From a virus (Duplodnaviria > Caudoviricetes), in IMG/VR virus record IMGVR_UViG_3300047561_001521, positions 1 to 37,883 of that record: a stretch of DNA of 37,883 bases; one strand, given 5' to 3'. The notes below the pieces were generated by a model. It made no database searches. It worked only from the letters and a program-made list of their open reading frames with translations, and had not been told where the DNA came from. The position numbers were made by a program, and so were the translations under genes. Positions within the stretch are counted from its first letter, which is position 1, and each line of letters opens with the position of its first letter. Of this stretch, positions 32,189 through 37,883 are shown piece after piece.

Positions 32189-35100
32189 TAGCCCATCCCC
32201 AGTGATTTTCTGGTTTTGGTGGAACTTCGCATTCCACGGTAAGTCATCATCATACCCTGTTCACCAGCTTGCTTCACAATGTGTGGAATTTGATCGACCC
32301 TGACATATTCGACATTGTTAATGACTTCCGATTGTACGTTTGCCGTAATTGTGTAATTACCGTCCGATCTTGGCTCACTTGCACGATTGCCGTAATGAGC
32401 GGCGGAAATGATTCGATTATTCGGGATAATTGTTCCGCGAGAATCTGGAATGAATATCTCTGGACCGTTCTCGCCAACAATCGACGGGCGACCCATTGAA
32501 ATCGTTCCGCCATTTGCAAAGGCCGGAAGTGCGGCGACATTTACCAGTTGCTCCATTCCGATCATTTTTGTAAAATCACCAGCAACATCTAATCCGGTCA
32601 CGGGAAGTTGCAAGCCTCCGCCAGCCCCTCGGCCCAAAGCGCCCAGAATTGAAGTGATGCCCTTGACAGCAAGCATTTTCATTTGACTTGCGATAATTTC
32701 AGCTGCCATATCAAGGAATGTCTGACTGACACGCTTGAATAATTCGCTAAGTGCCTGCTGCGCGGATTGAGTACCGCTGATGACAGAACTGAAAGCCTGC
32801 CCAAACGAATCGCCAATCGAAGTCGCAACTCTTTCAACTTTTTGCATATCTTCGTATTTCTTCCTCAACATATCAACTCGCCGCGCCTGCTCCAAGACGG
32901 CATCGGCATCGGCACGACTAATTTTTACGCCAAGTGCAGTAATTCTATTTTCGGCTTTCTTAGCCTCGCTATACTGCCCAAGCGAATCAGTAAGTTCGTC
33001 AATTTTTGACCGATAATCTGTAAGGTTTTTGAACTGTTCCGATAGCAGGGATGGGCCGATAGCCTCTGAAACTCTGAGCAGGTTTTGATTTTTTCTTTCG
33101 TCAATTCCAAGGATGCGTCCCGAAAGCCTGCCAACGTATTGATCCCGGCTGGCCTTATTTGCTGGATCGGTAAGTTTAAGCTCTTTCCATGCTTTAATTT
33201 CCAGATTTATTCTCTCCTTAACCATGTCAAGCCTTTCGTTTTCTAGCGATACCTGTTTTTCTGTTTCAATGATTACCTCTGCTTGTGCGCCGCTTACGCC
33301 TTCAGTGACAAGCCTTAAATACCGCTTCTCGTAATCAGTTTTTTCCTGAATAGACCTAACAGAATTGTCTATTTCACTGGTGTATTCTTTTTGCTTGTCA
33401 ACCAAATCATTGATTATGTCATTTTGCTCCTGGAGGGAGCGAAGCTGCCTATTTGTTTGTTCGACTGGCGCCAATGACTGGCCTAGGTCGCCATGCTTTT
33501 TAACCAGTGCGTTGACTTCCGCTTGCGTAGATCTAGTCAGTTTTGCCAACGAAGGTGACGGAATTTGTTTTTGCGGTTCATATTGAGGTGTCGGATAGTA
33601 TGCGCCAGGCGTGAAAGCGCCTTGCGGCACTTGGCCTGCGAATGGAATGTTTGCCGTAACGCGGCGATCCATGTGAAGGTATTGGTTTCCATACCCAGCC
33701 ATGGAATCAGCGGTCCAACCGCCGCCGCTTTTGTCCCACCAAGGCTTGCCAATCGGGAATGGCAATTTAGTGCCCACGGGAATTGATATATCAATTGGAT
33801 TAGTACCGGCCCTTGATCGCGTTTGATGCAAGCGCTGCTCCTGAATAAGCAGTGATTCAAGTTTATTTACATCTTTGACGTTTTTAATATCTACATTTAA
33901 ATTGCCAAGTTTAATGTATTCAAGATTCATTGCTTGCAATGATTTGATAATCATCATTGCTTCTTTGATTACATTTGCAGCAGATGGACCGCGCAGGTCC
34001 AAGTGAGCCTGTCCATTTCCAGTATTCCCACTAAACCCCGTATAACCACCAACAGCCGCAGCGCCAGGAGTTCCGCCATAGGCAGCAAGTCTGTCATTGT
34101 AGAATTTCTGTAATTCTCCAAAATTTCTACTGGGTTGACCGTGATAACTTTTTCCGGTTGCAGCTGTTGGAAATGAAGCCCACACTGGGGCCATTTTGCT
34201 GATTCCAGCTGCAGTTAGCGGTGCATTTGAATTTACGCCAAGTCTTTTAACTTGATCCAGGAATGCAATATCTTGATTTTTAGGCGAGAAATCAGTCAAC
34301 CCAAGCGCCCTTGCGATTGGATCCCAGGTTGTGGATAAGAATTGATAACGTCCAGCCGCGTCAGACGCGTACTTTCCGCCCCTATTTAGCTGGCGTGGGT
34401 GAGTCGTGTAATTATTGAAGGTTCCACCGCCAAACATTGTTTGATAGCCTTTCGGGTTGTAGGTGCCCTCGGCAAAGGCGACGGTATCCATCAATGCCCG
34501 CTGATAGGCGCTGGCTGAGCCCGTTGCAGCGCCCTGTGCTGCCGGTCCAGTCCCACCGCCAGACATTGCCGCGCCAACGGTGTTTCCGGCTTTGATTAGG
34601 TGATTTGCGGCGGCAGTGGCAGCCTCCATAAGGAGCTGGCCAAACCGCTCACCTGCCTGTTCGATAATTTTTCCGGTTGTGCGAGCGTATTCTTCTTGAA
34701 TTTTTGCGCCGCCCTTGTCATAGGCTTCTTTGATTTTTCCGACTAATTCTTGTACTTTTACCTTAAAATCTTCAAATTTACGCTGGCGTTCAATTCGCTT
34801 GTCAAGCGCTTTGTCCTCGGCATTGATCTTGGAATCCGTGTATTTGTCGAAAATTTGATTCAACTGTCGTTCAACTTCGACCGCAGCTGTGGACTTTCCT
34901 TTTGCGCGTAGTTGAATTTCACGTTCAGTTAAAACAGCGTCACGCTGTTGCCGGGCAATTGTGAGCCTGGTATCTCGAATTTCACGTTCAATTGAGCGTC
35001 TTTGGTCGCCAATTTCACGCTCGTATTGTTTGACTTCTTTTGCAGTATTTTTGCGGAGTTCAGCCATGTCTTCGATAGTTTTCTTTTCAAGCTCCACGCG

Positions 35101-37883
35101 ATCTTGAACTGATTTTTTATAGGCTTCGTCAAGATCCTTATTTGTTTTAATACGAAGCTCAAATATATCATCTTGCAATTTTTTCTGTGTCTCAACCTCT
35201 TTCGCTGCGGCCTTCCCGTCTGCTGTTTTTCCGCCAGAAAAATCGGTTAGCGCTCCGCCTTTGAAATCAATTATTGCGGCCTTCATTGCATTGGCCCAAG
35301 CAAGGCGAAGTTTTACTATATTAGTCCTGTATTGAGAAATGAAGCCGCCGCGCCTTAGTTCTTCCTCAGCACTTTTGCCGGTTTCAATTGCAACTTTTCT
35401 GTCCACCTCAAATTGCTGCTTTGTCGATTGGCTGTAAATACCAGCGGGACCAATTTTCAGGCGTTTCTTCAGTTGTTCGGATTCCGATTGCTCTTTACCG
35501 GCAAGCATTACATTTGATGCCACGAAATCAATGGCGGCAAATGCAATAAATGCCCTCATTAGTGGCATTAGTTTTGAGAGTCTACCAGCCAAGGTTACAG
35601 CACTGGCGCTAGTGACTATCATTGCCCTGCCAAAACCACTCATTCCAGCGGTCGCCGGAGCAAGTGAAAGTTTTGCAATCGCAAGACTTGCGCCAACAAT
35701 TGCTTTTGAGAAAATTGGTATCGCAAGATTTAAACTGCCAATTACAGCGGCAAACTTAAGCAGGCTTCCGATCGCACCAGCATTATCAACGATAAATTTA
35801 ATACCAGTTCCAATACCTTTCAGCAACACAATCAAAGACGGACCCGACTCCTTGATTGCCTTAATAAGTTTTTCTTGAATTTCAGCACCAATTGGGATAA
35901 GTTCCGCTCCAAGCAAACGCTTAAACTCTGTTACTTGAACCTGTAACCTTGCGCCTGCGTCCTCTTGGCTGCCAGCAATTTTCATTGCCGTTGCTTCAAA
36001 TTCGGGGCCAAGTGATTTAATAAAACTCATTAAATCATTTAGGCCGATTTTACCTTGTGACAGACCTTTCATCATTTCAGGTCCGCTCATGCCTATTGAT
36101 TTTGCAAACATCGTAAAAGTACCTGGCAAGCGTTCGCCAAGTTGATTTATTTCTTCCATCGACACCTTACCTTTACTGAAGATTTGGCTCATTGCCAATA
36201 GCGATGGTGCAATTTCTTCGGCACCGCCACCCGTAGCCTTAATAGCCGCAGTTACGTTTCTAAATACCAGTTGAGCATCGTAAACATTTCCACCAGCACC
36301 TTTGATAGCGGCTGATAATTTTGTCATCGCTTGAATTGAATCAAGCGCGGGCACATTGAAATCCCTAGTTACTCCACTGGCCGCAGATAACGCCGCTTGA
36401 TAGTCAGACTGACTTCCGGCAACATTCTTCAACGCAATTTCTAGTTTTGTAATTTGCGCGGCGTAATCCGTAGCTTCGGCTGTTGCAGTTTGCATCATTT
36501 GCAAATATGTTCCAGCCGAACCTCCTATAAATGCACCTGTCGCAAAACCAGCGGCATCGCCAACCGCACCGCCAATTCCAGCACCAATCAAACCGCCAGC
36601 CGCACCCTCGGGACCACCGAAAATACCAGCCGCAGCAATTGCACCAAGACCTTGACCGTAGTAACCAGCCTTTCCGGCAAGCGATGATGTATTGCGGCGA
36701 TCAAGCTCCTTGCTTGCATTATTGATTGTTTTTCGCTGAGCCCTGTCGATTTTTTGATACAGTGGATCGAGCGGGCTTAGTGCATCGCGTAATTTCGTCG
36801 CTTCCTCGCGCTGTCTAATTAACTCATTGGTTGTCAGTTTTGACGCATTACGCAGCGACACCAATCGTGCGTCAAGTTGTTGCACCGCCTGGACCTGGGG
36901 CATGGCCTCCACGGCAATCGGTGGCATGGCTGGGCTCATGGCGCCAGCACCGGCAATTTTCCTGCCCAGTGCCGCTTCTTGGCGGATTGACCAATCAGCC
37001 AATTTGCCCAGTCCATACTCCCTTGCACCGCCAGACATGGCCAAACCCGTCCCCGGTGCCGTGGTCTGCCCAGCCATTGGTAGGGCGGGTCGAGACGTGA
37101 AAACACGGGCCAAGGGTTCAAGCATTTGCGCAAATGCTTGTTTTTGAGCGTTTACATATGCTTGGCGATCTGCGACGCTTCCGGCCCCGCCGAGCAATGC
37201 CGGCCCTTCGGATCTCAGGGCAATCTGTGGCATGGGACGCTGCCGCCCTGTTGGGCCGATCACCGCTTCGCCAAGGCGGGTCGGCGGGGCAGGCTGTTGA
37301 GCCCTAAATTTATCTCCTTCGTACTTCGCCCTTGCTTCTTTTTTCTTTATCAGTCTTTCCGCCCTTTCCTCCAGTCTTACTTGCCGCTCCATTTCTTCAC
37401 TTGTACCAGTTACAGCACGTTTCAACTCTTTTTCGGCTTGAACCAATTCCTGTTTCAAGCGTAATTCTTTATCGGTTCTTTCGTTTCTCAGTCTGTAGTA
37501 TTCATCTTCAACCGCCCGCCCAGCGGGAGACATTTTGAAGCCCCCCGCCTTTGCTTTTTTGTCCATGTCAATAATGTTGCGTCGCATTGCATCCAGCGAC
37601 GAATTTCCAATCTCAAGATTATTGAGCTGTGATTTCAGGTCTGCAACCCTGGCCTGTCTTTCGTTAATCGTATCAATCTGCTGCCTACCCTTGCCTGTAG
37701 CACTGCCGGCCATCATCCCCGAAGTATCAACACCCCACTGTTCTTGCAATGGTTTTGATATAAATTGTTTGTTTTCAGCAATTGCAGCTGCGGTTCTACC
37801 TGCAGCGCTCATTTCCCTGTTGAATTTATTCTCCGATTCAACAATATCAGCCAAAGATTTAGCATATTCTTTACTTGTTACTT
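32188..37883 (-). CDS. Tape measure protein with lysozyme and M23-like domains (5'-truncated by the window)
   Basis: >1890 aa, frame open to the window edge; QIFSKGKVSMEEI.QLGERLPG tape-measure domain; AEGT/AAGRYQF..TW/DFSP.NQD muramidase; C-terminal FANGG...VGENGPE.F.P. Confidence 0.93.
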   Translation of the reverse strand, partial: VTSKEYAKSLADIVESENKFNREMSAAGRTAAAIAENKQFISKPLQEQWGVDTSGMMAGSATGKGRQQIDTINERQARVADLKSQLNNLEIGNSSLDAMRRNIIDMDKKAKAGGFKMSPAGRAVEDEYYRLRNERTDKELRLKQELVQAEKELKRAVTGTSEEMERQVRLEERAERLIKKKEARAKYEGDKFRAQQPAPPTRLGEAVIGPTGRQRPMPQIALRSEGPALLGGAGSVADRQAYVNAQKQAFAQMLEPLARVFTSRPALPMAGQTTAPGTGLAMSGGAREYGLGKLADWSIRQEAALGRKIAGAGAMSPAMPPIAVEAMPQVQAVQQLDARLVSLRNASKLTTNELIRQREEATKLRDALSPLDPLYQKIDRAQRKTINNASKELDRRNTSSLAGKAGYYGQGLGAIAAAGIFGGPEGAAGGLIGAGIGGAVGDAAGFATGAFIGGSAGTYLQMMQTATAEATDYAAQITKLEIALKNVAGSQSDYQAALSAASGVTRDFNVPALDSIQAMTKLSAAIKGAGGNVYDAQLVFRNVTAAIKATGGGAEEIAPSLLAMSQIFSKGKVSMEEINQLGERLPGTFTMFAKSIGMSGPEMMKGLSQGKIGLNDLMSFIKSLGPEFEATAMKIAGSQEDAGARLQVQVTEFKRLLGAELIPIGAEIQEKLIKAIKESGPSLIVLLKGIGTGIKFIVDNAGAIGSLLKFAAVIGSLNLAIPIFSKAIVGASLAIAKLSLAPATAGMSGFGRAMIVTSASAVTLAGRLSKLMPLMRAFIAFAAIDFVASNVMLAGKEQSESEQLKKRLKIGPAGIYSQSTKQQFEVDRKVAIETGKSAEEELRRGGFISQYRTNIVKLRLAWANAMKAAIIDFKGGALTDFSGGKTADGKAAAKEVETQKKLQDDIFELRIKTNKDLDEAYKKSVQDRVELEKKTIEDMAELRKNTAKEVKQYEREIGDQRRSIEREIRDTRLTIARQQRDAVLTEREIQLRAKGKSTAAVEVERQLNQIFDKYTDSKINAEDKALDKRIERQRKFEDFKVKVQELVGKIKEAYDKGGAKIQEEYARTTGKIIEQAGERFGQLLMEAATAAANHLIKAGNTVGAAMSGGGTGPAAQGAATGSASAYQRALMDTVAFAEGTYNPKGYQTMFGGGTFNNYTTHPRQLNRGGKYASDAAGRYQFLSTTWDPIARALGLTDFSPKNQDIAFLDQVKRLGVNSNAPLTAAGISKMAPVWASFPTAATGKSYHGQPSRNFGELQKFYNDRLAAYGGTPGAAAVGGYTGFSGNTGNGQAHLDLRGPSAANVIKEAMMIIKSLQAMNLEYIKLGNLNVDIKNVKDVNKLESLLIQEQRLHQTRSRAGTNPIDISIPVGTKLPFPIGKPWWDKSGGGWTADSMAGYGNQYLHMDRRVTANIPFAGQVPQGAFTPGAYYPTPQYEPQKQIPSPSLAKLTRSTQAEVNALVKKHGDLGQSLAPVEQTNRQLRSLQEQNDIINDLVDKQKEYTSEIDNSVRSIQEKTDYEKRYLRLVTEGVSGAQAEVIIETEKQVSLENERLDMVKERINLEIKAWKELKLTDPANKASRDQYVGRLSGRILGIDERKNQNLLRVSEAIGPSLLSEQFKNLTDYRSKIDELTDSLGQYSEAKKAENRITALGVKISRADADAVLEQARRVDMLRKKYEDMQKVERVATSIGDSFGQAFSSVISGTQSAQQALSELFKRVSQTFLDMAAEIIASQMKMLAVKGITSILGALGRGAGGGLQLPVTGLDVAGDFTKMIGMEQLVNVAALPAFANGGTISMGRPSIVGENGPEIFIPDSRGTIIPNNRIISAAHYGNRASEPRSDGNYTITANVQSEVINNVEYVRVDQIPHIVKQAGEQGMMMTYRGMRSSTKTRKSLGMG

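Noticed and set aside
28610-37538. Many short ORFs within the tail-tip and tape measure genes
   Set aside because: Antisense or out-of-frame shadows of long conserved genes
1-37883. Stop-codon reassignment, tRNA genes, integrase/att site, hypermodified-base pathway
   Set aside because: Long genes are intact in the standard code; no cloverleaf or recombinase motifs seen; thyX, dcd and the kinase look canonical with no glycosyltransferase, PurZ or deazaguanine genes in this window

Overview
Partial genome of a tailed dsDNA phage, most likely a cyanosiphovirus of a picocyanobacterium (Synechococcus/Cyanobium-like). The host is inferred from a cyAbrB-like domain and cyanophage-type small proteins. 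Left to right: (i) a repeat-rich non-coding end (1-500); (ii) a leftward operon of small early or anti-defence genes including a cyAbrB-N/ArdA fusion (503-3429); (iii) a cytosine methyltransferase split at a G9/C9 tract; (iv) a GTAAC/GTTAC iteron cluster, probably the origin, next to a P4-alpha-like primase-helicase; (v) a rightward early cassette with a stand-alone NAD+-ligase adenylation domain; (vi) dNMP kinase, VRR-NUC nuclease, SF2 helicase, RecE-like exonuclease and SSB; (vii) mosaic small genes; (viii) thyX and dcd; (ix) a GH19+C39 endolysin with holin-like genes; (x) a lambda-like tail-tip module and a 5'-truncated tape measure protein with lysozyme and permuted M23-like domains. I saw no capsid, terminase, integrase, DNA polymerase, tRNA or CRISPR array. 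All family calls come from motif recognition by eye, not from database searches.
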